Part shown: piece by piece, positions 10,126-20,896 of the stretch
Numbering within the stretch: position 1 is the stretch's first letter
How the letters are laid out: each line of letters begins with the position of its first letter
Source: Escherichia coli
Lineage (GTDB): Bacteria; Pseudomonadota; Gammaproteobacteria; Enterobacterales; Enterobacteriaceae
NCBI RefSeq assembly: GCF_002854065.1
Contig: NZ_CP024147.1
Reading direction: 5' to 3' (one strand)
DNA length: 64,000 nucleotides
Made by a program: the position numbers and the translations under genes
Notes under the pieces: generated by a model
Told to the model about the DNA's origin: nothing
The model's database searches: none
The model's input: the letters and a program-made list of their open reading frames with translations, nothing else

Positions 10126-11988
10126 TTATGCCAGCCAGGCCTTGATTTTGGCTTCCATACCGGCGGCATCGAGGCCGAGTTCGGCGCGCATTTCTTCCTG
10201 AGTTCCTTGCGGAATAAAGAAGTCCGGCAGGCCAATGTTCAGCACGGGTACTGGTTTACGATGGGCCATCAGCACTTCGTTCACTCCGCTGCCTGCACCG
10301 CCCATAATGGCGTTTTCTTCTACGGTAACCAGTGCTTCATGACTGGCGGCCATTTCCAGAATTAACGCTTCATCAAGCGGTTTCACAAAACGCATATCGA
10401 CCAGCGTGGCATTCAGCGATTCGGCGACTTTCGCCGCTTCTGGCATCAGCGTACCAAAGTTAAGGATCGCCAGTTTCTCGCCACGACGCTTCACAATGCC
10501 TTTGCCAATTGGTAGTTTTTCCAGCGGCGTCAGTTCCACGCCGACCGCGTTGCCACGCGGGTAGCGCACCGCTGACGGGCCATCGTTATAGTGATAGCCG
10601 GTATAGAGCATCTGGCGACATTCATTTTCATCGCTCGGGGTCATAATGACCATTTCCGGTATGCAGCGCAGGTAAGAGAGATCAAAAGCGCCCTGGTGGG
10701 TTTGACCGTCAGCACCAACAATGCCCGCGCGGTCGATGGCGAACAGGACCGGGAGTTTTTGAATCGCCACATCATGCAGCACCTGATCATAGGCGCGTTG
10801 CAGGAAAGTGGAGTAAATCGCGACAATGGGTTTGTACCCACCAATCGCCAGACCCGCAGCAAAGGTCACCGCGTGTTGCTCGGCAATTGCCACGTCAAAG
10901 TAGCGATCCGGGAATTTACGTGAAAACTCGACCATGCCGGAACCTTCACGCATTGCCGGAGTAATCGCCATCAGCTTGTTGTCTTTCGCTGCCGTTTCGC
11001 ACAACCAGTCGCCAAAGATTTTTGAATAGCTTGGCAAACCGCCGCTACTTTTCGGCAAACAACCGCTGGAGGGATCAAATCTAGGCACGGCGTGGAAAGT
11101 GATTGGGTCTTTTTCTGCCGGTTCATAACCACGACCTTTTTTAGTCATGATATGCAGGAACTGCGGGCCTTTCAGGTCGCGCATGTTCTTAAGCGTGGTG
11201 ATAAGCCCCAGCACATCGTGACCGTCAACCGGGCCGATGTAGTTAAAGCCCAGCTCTTCAAACAACGTGCCAGGCACTACCATGCCTTTAATATGTTCTT
11301 CGGTACGTTTGAGCAGCTCTTTAATGGGTGGCACGCCAGAGAAAACTTTTTTCCCGCCTTCGCGCAGTGAAGAGTAAAGCTTACCTGAAAGCAGCTGCGC
11401 CAGATGGTTGTTGAGCGCGCCGACATTTTCGGAAATCGACATTTCGTTGTCGTTGAGGACCACCAGCATATCAGGACGGATATCGCCCGCGTGATTCATC
11501 GCTTCAAACGCCATGCCTGCGGTAATCGCACCATCGCCGATTACACAGACGGTGCGGCGATTTTTGCCTTCTTTCTCGGCAGCAACCGCAATACCAATTC
11601 CGGCACTGATGGAGGTTGATGAATGCCCGACGCTTAATACGTCATATTCGCTTTCGCCGCGCCACGGGAACGGGTGCAGACCGCCTTTCTGACGGATGGT
11701 GCCGATTTTGTCGCGGCGTCCGGTCAAAATTTTATGCGGATAAGCCTGATGCCCCACATCCCAAATCAATTGGTCAAACGGGGTGTTATAGACGTAGTGC
11801 AGCGCCACGGTCAGCTCGACCGTGCCCAGCCCGGAGGCGAAGTGCCCGCTGGAACGGCTCACGCTGTCGAGTAAATAGCGGCGCAGTTCGTCGCAGAGTT
11901 TCGGTAAACTCTCTTTCGGCAACAGTCGTAACTCCTGGGTGGAGTCGACCAGTGCCAGGGTCGGGTATTTGGCAATATCAAAACTCAT
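10126..11988 (-). CDS. dxs: 1-deoxy-D-xylulose-5-phosphate synthase
   Basis: 620-aa ORF starting [39 protein letters not shown]-binding GDG motif. Confidence 0.97.
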   Translation of the reverse strand: MSFDIAKYPTLALVDSTQELRLLPKESLPKLCDELRRYLLDSVSRSSGHFASGLGTVELTVALHYVYNTPFDQLIWDVGHQAYPHKILTGRRDKIGTIRQKGGLHPFPWRGESEYDVLSVGHSSTSISAGIGIAVAAEKEGKNRRTVCVIGDGAITAGMAFEAMNHAGDIRPDMLVVLNDNEMSISENVGALNNHLAQLLSGKLYSSLREGGKKVFSGVPPIKELLKRTEEHIKGMVVPGTLFEELGFNYIGPVDGHDVLGLITTLKNMRDLKGPQFLHIMTKKGRGYEPAEKDPITFHAVPRFDPSSGCLPKSSGGLPSYSKIFGDWLCETAAKDNKLMAITPAMREGSGMVEFSRKFPDRYFDVAIAEQHAVTFAAGLAIGGYKPIVAIYSTFLQRAYDQVLHDVAIQKLPVLFAIDRAGIVGADGQTHQGAFDLSYLRCIPEMVIMTPSDENECRQMLYTGYHYNDGPSAVRYPRGNAVGVELTPLEKLPIGKGIVKRRGEKLAILNFGTLMPEAAKVAESLNATLVDMRFVKPLDEALILEMAASHEALVTVEENAIMGGAGSGVNEVLMAHRKPVPVLNIGLPDFFIPQGTQEEMRAELGLDAAGMEAKIKAWLA

Positions 11989-12012
11989 CAGGGGCCTATT
12001 AATACTTATTGT

Positions 12013-12912
12013 TTATTTATTACGCTGGATGATGTAGTCCGCTAGCGCTTCCAGTGCCGAGGTATCGAGTGACTGTTCAGCCAGTTTTTTCAGCGACTGA
12101 CGGGCATCCTCGATCAGATCCCGGGCTTTCTTCCGGGCTTGCTCAAGACCCAGAAGTGCAGGGTAGGTACTTTTACCAAGTTGCTGGTCGGCACCCTGGC
12201 GTTTTCCCAACGTTGCAGTATCTCCCACCACATCCAGGATGTCATCCTGAACCTGGAAGGCAAGGCCGATGCTCTCTGCGTACTTGTCGAGTACTGGCAG
12301 AGCACGACGCCCTTTATCTCCGGCGCTTAATGCACCAAGGCGAACGGCGGCGCGAATCAATGCGCCAGTTTTATGACGATGTATACGCTCAAGCGCGTCC
12401 AGAGGTACGTGTTTGCCTTCCGCGTCTAAATCTAATGCCTGACCACCGCACATTCCGGCAATACCGCTGGCGCTCGCCAGTTCAGAAATCATCGAAATTC
12501 TGTCGCGATCCGACACTTCCGGCATATCAGCATCGCTTAAAATCGAGAACGCCAGCGTTTGTAAAGCGTCGCCAGCGAGAATCGCGTTTGCTTCGCCAAA
12601 CTTCACATGGCAGGTCGGCAAACCGCGACGCAGATCGTCATCATCCATCGCCGGTAAATCATCATGAATTAATGAGTAAGCGTGGATACACTCTACGGCG
12701 GCAGCGGGTGCGTCCAGCGTGTTTGTGCTAACGCCAAACATATGACCGGTGGCATAAACCAGGAAAGGTCGCAGACGCTTACCACCTAATAATGCGCCAT
12801 ACTGCATGGTTTCGACCACGGGAGTGTTCTGAAAGGGCAGTGGGGCGATAAAACGGCTCAGCGCCTGGTTGGCCTGCTTAACGCAGGCTTCGAGTTGCTG
12901 CGGAAAGTCCAT
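12013..12912 (-). CDS. ispA: Farnesyl diphosphate synthase
   Basis: 299 aa with two aspartate-rich motifs (DDLPAMDDDD, DDILD). Confidence 0.95.
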   Translation of the reverse strand: MDFPQQLEACVKQANQALSRFIAPLPFQNTPVVETMQYGALLGGKRLRPFLVYATGHMFGVSTNTLDAPAAAVECIHAYSLIHDDLPAMDDDDLRRGLPTCHVKFGEANAILAGDALQTLAFSILSDADMPEVSDRDRISMISELASASGIAGMCGGQALDLDAEGKHVPLDALERIHRHKTGALIRAAVRLGALSAGDKGRRALPVLDKYAESIGLAFQVQDDILDVVGDTATLGKRQGADQQLGKSTYPALLGLEQARKKARDLIEDARQSLKKLAEQSLDTSALEALADYIIQRNK

Positions 12913-13154
12913 TACTCATTGTCCGGTGTAAAAGGGGTTAGAGAGGCGTCTTCATTGTCAGACAGCAGAATTTGTACGCGCTGTTCGGCTTGTTGTAATT
13001 TGGCCTGCCCCTGACGTGCCAGCTGCACGCCGCGTTCGAACTCGTTCAGCGCCTCTTCCAGCGGCAGGTCGCCACTTTCCAGACGGGTTACAATCTGTTC
13101 CAGCTCGCTCAGCGCCTTTTCAAAGCTGGCGGGCGCCTCATTTTTCTTCGGCAT
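12912..13154 (-). CDS. xseB: Exodeoxyribonuclease VII small subunit
   Basis: 80-aa ORF, 1-bp overlap with ispA start, xseB-ispA-dxs operon order. Confidence 0.93.
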
Positions 13155-13359
13155 AATGAATGTCTGACTCTCAATATTTTTCGCCCCGTCATGGTAACGG
13201 ACTCAGGGCAAATAGCAAATAACGCGCAATGGTAAGGTGATGTGCGCAGCAAAGCGATGTTAGTGGTATACTTCCGCGCCTGGATGCAGCCGCAGGTGTG
13301 GGCTGCTGTATTTTTCCCTATACAAGTCGCTTAAGGCTTGCCAACGAACCATTGCCGCC

Positions 13360-14808
13360 ATGAAGTTTATCATTAAATTGTTCCCGGAAATCACCATCAA
13401 AAGCCAATCTGTGCGCTTGCGCTTTATAAAAATCCTTACCGGGAACATTCGTAACGTTTTAAAGCACTATGATGAGACGCTCGCTGTCGTCCGCCACTGG
13501 GATAACATCGAAGTTCGCGCGAAAGATGAAAACCAGCGTCTGACTATTCGCGACGCCCTGACCCGTATTCCGGGTATCCACCATATTCTCGAAGTCGAAG
13601 ACGTGCCGTTTACCGACATGCACGATATTTTCGAGAAAGCGTTGGTTCAGTATCGCGATCAGCTCGAAGGGAAAACCTTCTGCGTACGCGTGAAGCGCCG
13701 TGGCAAACATGATTTTAGCTCGATTGATGTGGAACGTTACGTCGGCGGCGGTTTAAATCAGCATATTGAATCCGCGCGCGTGAAGCTGACCAATCCGGAT
13801 GTGACTGTCCATCTGGAAGTGGAAGACGATCGTCTCCTGCTGATTAAAGGCCGCTACGAAGGTATTGGCGGTTTCCCGATCGGCACCCAGGAAGATGTGC
13901 TGTCGCTCATTTCCGGTGGTTTCGACTCCGGTGTTTCCAGTTATATGTTGATGCGTCGCGGCTGCCGCGTGCATTACTGCTTCTTTAACCTCGGCGGCGC
14001 GGCGCATGAAATTGGCGTACGTCAGGTGGCGCATTATCTGTGGAACCGCTTTGGCAGCTCCCACCGCGTGCGTTTTGTCGCTATTAATTTCGAGCCGGTC
14101 GTCGGGGAAATTCTCGAGAAAATCGACGACGGTCAGATGGGCGTTATCCTCAAACGTATGATGGTGCGTGCCGCGTCTAAAGTGGCTGAACGTTACGGCG
14201 TACAGGCGCTGGTCACCGGCGAAGCGCTCGGCCAGGTGTCCAGTCAGACGCTGACCAACCTGCGCCTGATTGATAACGTCTCTGATACGCTGATCCTGCG
14301 TCCGCTGATCTCTTACGACAAAGAGCACATCATCAACCTGGCTCGCCAGATTGGCACCGAAGACTTTGCTCGCACGATGCCGGAATACTGCGGTGTGATC
14401 TCCAAAAGCCCGACGGTGAAAGCGGTTAAATCGAAGATTGAAGCGGAAGAAGAGAAGTTCGACTTCAGCATTCTCGATAAAGTGGTTGAGGAAGCGAATA
14501 ACGTTGATATCCGCGAAATCGCCCAGCAGACCGAGCAGGAAGTGGTGGAAGTGGAAACTGTCAATGGCTTCGGCCCGAATGACGTCATCCTCGATATCCG
14601 TTCTATCGATGAACAAGAAGATAAGCCACTGAAAGTCGAAGGGGTTGATGTGGTTTCTCTGCCGTTCTATAAACTGAGCACCAAATTTGGCGATCTCGAC
14701 CAGAGTAAAACCTGGCTGTTGTGGTGTGAGCGCGGGGTGATGAGCCGTCTGCAGGCGCTCTATCTGCGCGAGCAGGGCTTTAACAATGTGAAGGTATATC
14801 GCCCGTAA
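13360..14808 (+). CDS. thiI: tRNA 4-thiouridine synthase ThiI
   Basis: 482 aa with PP-loop SGGFDS and C-terminal rhodanese-like domain. Confidence 0.95.
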   Translation: MKFIIKLFPEITIKSQSVRLRFIKILTGNIRNVLKHYDETLAVVRHWDNIEVRAKDENQRLTIRDALTRIPGIHHILEVEDVPFTDMHDIFEKALVQYRDQLEGKTFCVRVKRRGKHDFSSIDVERYVGGGLNQHIESARVKLTNPDVTVHLEVEDDRLLLIKGRYEGIGGFPIGTQEDVLSLISGGFDSGVSSYMLMRRGCRVHYCFFNLGGAAHEIGVRQVAHYLWNRFGSSHRVRFVAINFEPVVGEILEKIDDGQMGVILKRMMVRAASKVAERYGVQALVTGEALGQVSSQTLTNLRLIDNVSDTLILRPLISYDKEHIINLARQIGTEDFARTMPEYCGVISKSPTVKAVKSKIEAEEEKFDFSILDKVVEEANNVDIREIAQQTEQEVVEVETVNGFGPNDVILDIRSIDEQEDKPLKVEGVDVVSLPFYKLSTKFGDLDQSKTWLLWCERGVMSRLQALYLREQGFNNVKVYRP

Positions 14809-14820
14809 TTTGTGGTTGTA

Positions 14821-14860
14821 ACGTCGCATCTGGTCAGATGCGACGCTTACCGCATCCGAC
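14821..14860. repeat. REP-like palindromic element between convergent thiI and yajL
   Basis: GTCGCATCTG / CAGATGCGAC inverted repeat followed by GCTTACCGCATCCGAC, resembling REP consensus. Confidence 0.45.
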
Positions 14861-14861
14861 A

Positions 14862-16326
<1,465 letters not shown>

Positions 16327-16493
16327 TGTTCCTCCTCACCCGCAACCACTCCGGGTGTTCAATAAGGCTATCCCTTAATTGTGCATGCTGTTGCGACTAT
16401 GCACAATTAAGGGATACGTCCTGGTGCAGGACTGTTGGTTATTTAACTTTGCAGGTATTATGCTTCGCATCAAAAATGAAGGGAGAGGAAAAG

Positions 16494-16985
16494 ATGCCAT
16501 CTTTCGATATTGTCTCTGAAGTTGATCTTCAGGAAGCACGTAACGCGGTCGATAACGCGAGCCGCGAAGTGGAGTCCCGTTTTGACTTCCGTAACGTTGA
16601 AGCCTCATTTGAGCTGAACGACGCCAGCAAAACCATCAAAGTGTTGAGCGAGTCCGACTTCCAGGTCAATCAGTTGCTGGATATTCTGCGTGCCAAGCTG
16701 CTGAAGCGCGGCATTGAAGGCAGTTCACTGGATGTACCGGAAAATATCGTTCATAGCGGTAAAACCTGGTTTGTGGAAGCGAAACTGAAACAGGGCATTG
16801 AGAGCGCCACTCAGAAAAAAATCGTCAAGATGATCAAAGACAGCAAACTGAAAGTGCAGGCGCAAATTCAGGGCGATGAGATCCGCGTGACTGGCAAATC
16901 TCGTGATGATTTGCAGGCTGTCATGGCGATGGTGCGCGGTGGCGATCTGGGTCAGCCGTTCCAGTTCAAAAACTTCCGCGATTAA
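16494..16985 (+). CDS. yajQ: Nucleotide-binding protein YajQ
   Basis: ORF 16326..16985 trimmed to ATG 16494 ([22 protein letters not shown]...), 163 aa. Confidence 0.9.
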
Positions 16986-16989
16986 TCGC

Positions 16990-17105
16990 GACAACCTGCG
17001 CTTTGTTCATGTCAGATGCGGCATGAACGCTTGGTTCGGCCTACAAAGGTTTGTAAATCAGGAGCTTAGTAGGCCTGATAAGCGTAGCGCAGCAGGCAAT
17101 TTCGC
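16990..17105. repeat. REP/BIME-like element between convergent yajQ and yajR
   Basis: Contains GATGCGGCATGAACGC...CGGCCTAC and inverted GTAGGCCTGATAAGCGTAGCGC REP-type sequences. Confidence 0.5.
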
Positions 17106-17112
17106 CTCGCTT

Positions 17113-18477
17113 TTATGCCTGGCGAATTGCCTGTTCAACATCAAAGCGATTCGTCACTTTGCTGTCGATTTTCACATAAGCTGAATGTTCTTCTTCTGCA
17201 ATCAACACTTCTTTGATGCCTTCAGTTTCTAGCAAACGCACTTTTAACGCCTCGTTTGCGGCAATGTTCGCCGGGATTTCAATGCGCAAGCTGCTGACAT
17301 ACGGCGGTTCTTTCATGGTACTGGCGACTGCCAGCCACACTGCGGCCAGCATTGCGCCAGCGAGAAATACGCCCTGACCGTCAAACATGCCGTCAATCCA
17401 GCCGCCCAGTGAACCGCCAATCGCCACGCCAAGAAACTGGCTGGTGGAGTAAACACCCATCGCCGTACCTTTGTAACCTGCTGGCGACTCTTTACTGATA
17501 AGTGAGGGCAGGAGGGCTTCCATCAAATTAAACGCCACAAAGAAAAGCTGCACGCCGACCACCAGTTGCCAGAACTGCGTTTGCGCGTTCCACAACACAA
17601 TTTCCGCAACCACGATCAACCCGACGCAGAAGACAAAGACTTGCTTCATTTTGCGCTTAACTTCAGCGTAGATAATGAAAGGCACGACCGAGCCAAAGGC
17701 GATTAGCATTGTCGCCAGATAGACCTTCCAGTGTTCAGCCGCCGGGAACCCCGCATCAGCCAGTTGTCCGGGCAGGGCAACAAACGTCGACATCAGCAAA
17801 ATATGCAGACACATAATGCCAAAGTTGAGTTTCAGCAGCCGCGGTTCCGCCAGCACTTTACTGAAACTGCCTTTCACCATTCCGGACTCACGATTAAGTA
17901 CGTGAGTGCTACTGTTGGGCACAACCCAAATGGTCAACGCAATGCCGGTCGTTGCCAGAATAGCGATCATCCAGAACAGCGCGTGCAGCCCAAGTTTGTG
18001 AGTGATGATCGGGCCAAGCACCATCGCAATGGCAAAGGTAATGCCAAAGCTCACGCCGATAAACGCCATTGCTTTGGTGCGGTTTTGTTCGCGCGTGAGA
18101 TCGGAAAGCAGCGCCATAACGGCAGCGGCAATCGCACCGGAGCCTTGTAGCGCCCGACCCAGAATAATTCCCCAGATGGAGTCAGAGAGCGCAGCGATAA
18201 CGCTACCGGCGGCAAACACTGCCAGCCCACCGACAATTAATGGTTTGCGACCAATGCGGTCGGAAAGCAGGCCAAACGGAATCTGAAAAACGGCCTGAGT
18301 CAGACCATAAATACCAATGGCAATACCGATTAATGCTTCGCTGGCACCTTGCAGAGCCATGCCGTACGTGGTCAGAACCGGCAGAACCATGAACATGCCC
18401 AGCATGCGCAACGAGAATACGGTCCCTAAACCCCAGGTCGCGCGCCGCTCACCTGGTGTCATTTTATAATCGTTCAT
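17113..18477 (-). CDS. yajR: MFS transporter YajR
   Basis: ORF 17113..18483 begins with GTG; ATG at 18477 gives 454 aa MNDYKMTPGERRATWGLG..., 12-TM MFS topology plus C-terminal cytosolic domain. Confidence 0.9.
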   Translation of the reverse strand: MNDYKMTPGERRATWGLGTVFSLRMLGMFMVLPVLTTYGMALQGASEALIGIAIGIYGLTQAVFQIPFGLLSDRIGRKPLIVGGLAVFAAGSVIAALSDSIWGIILGRALQGSGAIAAAVMALLSDLTREQNRTKAMAFIGVSFGITFAIAMVLGPIITHKLGLHALFWMIAILATTGIALTIWVVPNSSTHVLNRESGMVKGSFSKVLAEPRLLKLNFGIMCLHILLMSTFVALPGQLADAGFPAAEHWKVYLATMLIAFGSVVPFIIYAEVKRKMKQVFVFCVGLIVVAEIVLWNAQTQFWQLVVGVQLFFVAFNLMEALLPSLISKESPAGYKGTAMGVYSTSQFLGVAIGGSLGGWIDGMFDGQGVFLAGAMLAAVWLAVASTMKEPPYVSSLRIEIPANIAANEALKVRLLETEGIKEVLIAEEEHSAYVKIDSKVTNRFDVEQAIRQA

Positions 18478-18883
18478 TACCACCTCTTAAAAAAATGCCC
18501 ACATAGTGTAGTGCGGAGCGCATGTTGGGTAAACAGAGTGTTAATGAGAAAATATTACAGAGGAGAATAATTTGTGTGTCAGGTATGTTTTTTGCATTCA
18601 TAAAATGAATGCTCTATATGTTGAAAAAATGAATTTTAAAGCTAAATAGTTTTACATCAAAAAAATAATAATATCATTTCTTGATTACCATGTGCATTTT
18701 TTATCTTACGAATATGCTAGTTTTATCTTACTAAATAAACGATTTGGTGACATGGATGATAATGTTTCAGGCTAAATGTGTGCTTATTACTTGGGCCTTT
18801 ATGGCACTGTATTTATTCATTAAATGGATGTTTGGTGGTTAATTATTATGGAAGTATATGACAGTGAGGACATAAAGGTATAC

Positions 18884-19819
18884 ATGTTAACTAAAAGAAT
18901 ATTATTTTCTTTAATGCTAATAGTTTCACCAGGCGTGGTGGCAAGCGAGAAAGCGCATGAATTGTATGACAGCATATACGGTGGTCAACCTGCGCCCGAT
19001 GTTATAAATACACTGCATAAAATGGCTGAATTGGGAGATGTCGACGCGCAGAGCCTGTTAGGCTGGGAATATTATCAGCCTCGCTATGATACCAAACCTG
19101 ATGTTCAGGAAGCGATTAAATGGTTCGAGTTAGCCGCTAAACAAGGTGACAGAGAAGCTCCGTTAGCGCTGGGGAGTATCTACTACATCGGTGAGCTGGT
19201 GCGGGTGGATTATGCCAAAGCGTATGCACTATTTAATCAGGCCGCGCAATACGGTGTGAATTTAGCATGGTCCAGGTTGGGCATGATGTACGCCAATGGT
19301 CAGTATGTTGAGGTAGATTGTAAGAAAGCGAAGGAATATCTTGATAAAGGTGTCCACATTTATGGTGGTCCGGAAGACTTTCTGGCTACATGTCGAAAAG
19401 ACATGATTGACAGAAAAACGGTTGACGATACGTTACCCGTGATCACGGTTACCCGTTCTGGGATGCGGGATAATTTTTTAGATAAAGATTTTTCCTGCAT
19501 GGATAGCCTCTTCGCCACCACCAATAAATTAGGCGAAGTGGCCAATCTTCGCGTGACATTCAGCATTCGTAGCCCATCCGGTAAGGAGATTAACCAAACG
19601 GTTGGCTTCGCGCCTTTCGGTTTAAACCGGCTGAATATTAGCTTTACTGATTACATATTTGATTCATTTACCAGTAATTCGTCTCTAATTCTTTATAAAC
19701 CGGAATTTGAGCGAAAATCTTGTGCAACTGTAAGGACCACAATCGTTGCCGCAACGGCAACCATTAACGGCAAGGATGTGGAGTTGCTGAAAGCGGGGGC
19801 AATTGAACAAAAGTGGTAA
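18884..19819 (+). CDS. Secreted Sel1-repeat (TPR-like) protein with uncharacterised C-terminal domain
   Basis: ORF 18824..19819; likely start ATG 18884 preceded by AAAGG RBS, giving Sec-type signal peptide MLTKRILFSLMLIVSPGVVA-SE; three to four Sel1-like units (GDVDAQSLLGWEYY..., AIKWFELAAKQGDREAPLALGSIYYIGE..., AKAYALFNQAAQYGVNLAWSRLGMMYANG...); AT-rich; not in K-12 yajR-cyoE junction by recalled gene order. Confidence 0.7.
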   Translation: MLTKRILFSLMLIVSPGVVASEKAHELYDSIYGGQPAPDVINTLHKMAELGDVDAQSLLGWEYYQPRYDTKPDVQEAIKWFELAAKQGDREAPLALGSIYYIGELVRVDYAKAYALFNQAAQYGVNLAWSRLGMMYANGQYVEVDCKKAKEYLDKGVHIYGGPEDFLATCRKDMIDRKTVDDTLPVITVTRSGMRDNFLDKDFSCMDSLFATTNKLGEVANLRVTFSIRSPSGKEINQTVGFAPFGLNRLNISFTDYIFDSFTSNSSLILYKPEFERKSCATVRTTIVAATATINGKDVELLKAGAIEQKW

Positions 19820-19874
19820 CGCTGCTCAGCCCCCGGCTAAGGCAAAACTTGCCCTGGCGGGTGGCGATAATAAT

Positions 19875-20417
19875 CTAAGCCGCGAGAATATGCTGAATCG
19901 CCAAAAACATAGGTACAGCACCAAAAGCATTTGGTGTCGCTGAAAGCTGAACAAAGCCGAGACGAGCATAAAAGTTAATGGCGGCAGGGTCAGCATCAAG
20001 ATAAACCCCTTTAATTGGTAATGCCTGGTGAATTATTTTTACATGTTCAAAAAAATCACATAGTAGGTCCTGACCAAAGCCCCGCTTTTGATACTTCCGC
20101 GCCACCCCCAACATGACTAATCTGACAACACCAATCTCTGAAGGCTGTGAACCCTGAAGGACGCCAGAAACGCGTTGTTTTTCCAGCGAATATGCCGTAA
20201 AAGTACAGATGCCAATCAGTTCACCACTTTGTCTGTCAATAAGTGCTTTAGCCGCACAGTCGCTATTACGCACACTTTTCTTTAGCGATGTGCGTACAAA
20301 TTTATCGATAACAGGGTTACCGCAATCAAACTGTTTTTGCCCAGGATAAGTAATATCAGACTGATAATTACAGGAGAGGACTATGGGCAGAGTAATCTCT
20401 TCATGCTTGTCGACCAT
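19875..20417 (-). CDS. GNAT-family acetyltransferase, candidate type II toxin (TacT/AtaT/ItaT-like tRNA acetyltransferase class)
   Basis: 180 aa; N-terminal FDCGNPVIDKFV motif; acetyl-CoA pocket-like RKYQKRGFGQDLL; C-terminal INFYARLGF; start overlaps upstream DUF1778-like ORF by 17 bp; AAGGA RBS. Confidence 0.75.
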   Translation of the reverse strand: MVDKHEEITLPIVLSCNYQSDITYPGQKQFDCGNPVIDKFVRTSLKKSVRNSDCAAKALIDRQSGELIGICTFTAYSLEKQRVSGVLQGSQPSEIGVVRLVMLGVARKYQKRGFGQDLLCDFFEHVKIIHQALPIKGVYLDADPAAINFYARLGFVQLSATPNAFGAVPMFLAIQHILAA

Positions 20418-20712
20418 CGCTGTTTTTCCTTTTCATTAACGCCTTGAGTGCGAGCGTCGGTTGAGCAGGTTCGGCGATGAGTTGGTTCATCAGTTCCCAG
20501 CTTTGATTCGAAAGCTCACGGCGACGTTGGTTATCAAGCACGCTTTCGGCGCGTTCCATAGCAGCGCTCAAAATAAAGGCGCTTAAATCTAACCCAACGG
20601 CTTGCGCAGCTTCACGAAGTCTGTTTTTGGCGTCGGGACTGGTTTTGAGTTCAACCCGCGCATTTTTCAGCGTTTTATCGACATCGGGTAGAGTGGCTGT
20701 TTTTCCAGGCAT
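20401..20712 (-). CDS. DUF1778/ribbon-helix-helix-type antitoxin candidate
   Basis: ORF 20401..20778 trimmed to ATG 20712 (MPGKTATLPDVDKTL...) with AGAGGT RBS 7 nt upstream; 104 aa; pattern VELKTSPDAKNRLREAAQAVGLDLSAFILSA typical of antitoxins paired with GNAT toxins. Confidence 0.65.
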   Translation of the reverse strand: MPGKTATLPDVDKTLKNARVELKTSPDAKNRLREAAQAVGLDLSAFILSAAMERAESVLDNQRRRELSNQSWELMNQLIAEPAQPTLALKALMKRKNSDGRQA

Positions 20713-20765
20713 TGTGACCTCTTTGATTAACTGAATGAAATCGTAGGGAGTCGATCTCATACATA

Positions 20766-20784
20766 ATACGGCTATCAACCGTAT
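20766..20784. promoter_or_regulatory. Palindrome 1 ATACGG-N7-CCGTAT (putative antitoxin operator, overlaps transcription start region)
   Basis: ATACGGCTATCAACCGTAT read directly; lies immediately downstream of the putative -10 on the minus strand. Confidence 0.5.
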
Positions 20785-20788
20785 GATT

Positions 20789-20817
20789 AATTTATGTGCA
20801 TCTGCTCACTCTGTCAA
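20789..20817 (-). promoter_or_regulatory. Putative sigma70 promoter of the antitoxin-toxin operon
   Basis: Minus strand reads TTGACA (20817..20812) - 17 bp - TAAATT (20794..20789); perfect -35, 17-bp spacer. Confidence 0.5.
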
Positions 20818-20820
20818 GAG

Positions 20821-20839
20821 ATACGGTTATTAGCCGTAT
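20821..20839. promoter_or_regulatory. Palindrome 2 ATACGG-N7-CCGTAT (putative operator just upstream of -35)
   Basis: ATACGGTTATTAGCCGTAT; same half-sites as palindrome 1, centre-to-centre 55 bp. Confidence 0.5.
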
Positions 20840-20856
20840 CTCTGATCTCAGACAAT

Positions 20857-20882
20857 AAAAAAGGTGCCGTAGCACCTTTTTA
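20857..20882 (-). terminator. Rho-independent terminator downstream of cyoE (end of cyo operon)
   Basis: AAGGTGC-cgta-GCACCTT stem-loop flanked by A/T runs, immediately 3' of cyoE stop. Confidence 0.65.
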
Positions 20883-20896
20883 ATAGAGAGGTTTTG

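Noticed and set aside
19875-20417. Alternative reading of the GNAT gene as an ordinary housekeeping acetyltransferase (for example a RimI/RimJ-like enzyme)
   Set aside because: Its tight, overlapping arrangement directly downstream of a DUF1778-like small protein, the operator-flanked promoter and the accessory AT-rich context fit a toxin-antitoxin module better; kept as the TA hypothesis but not proven.
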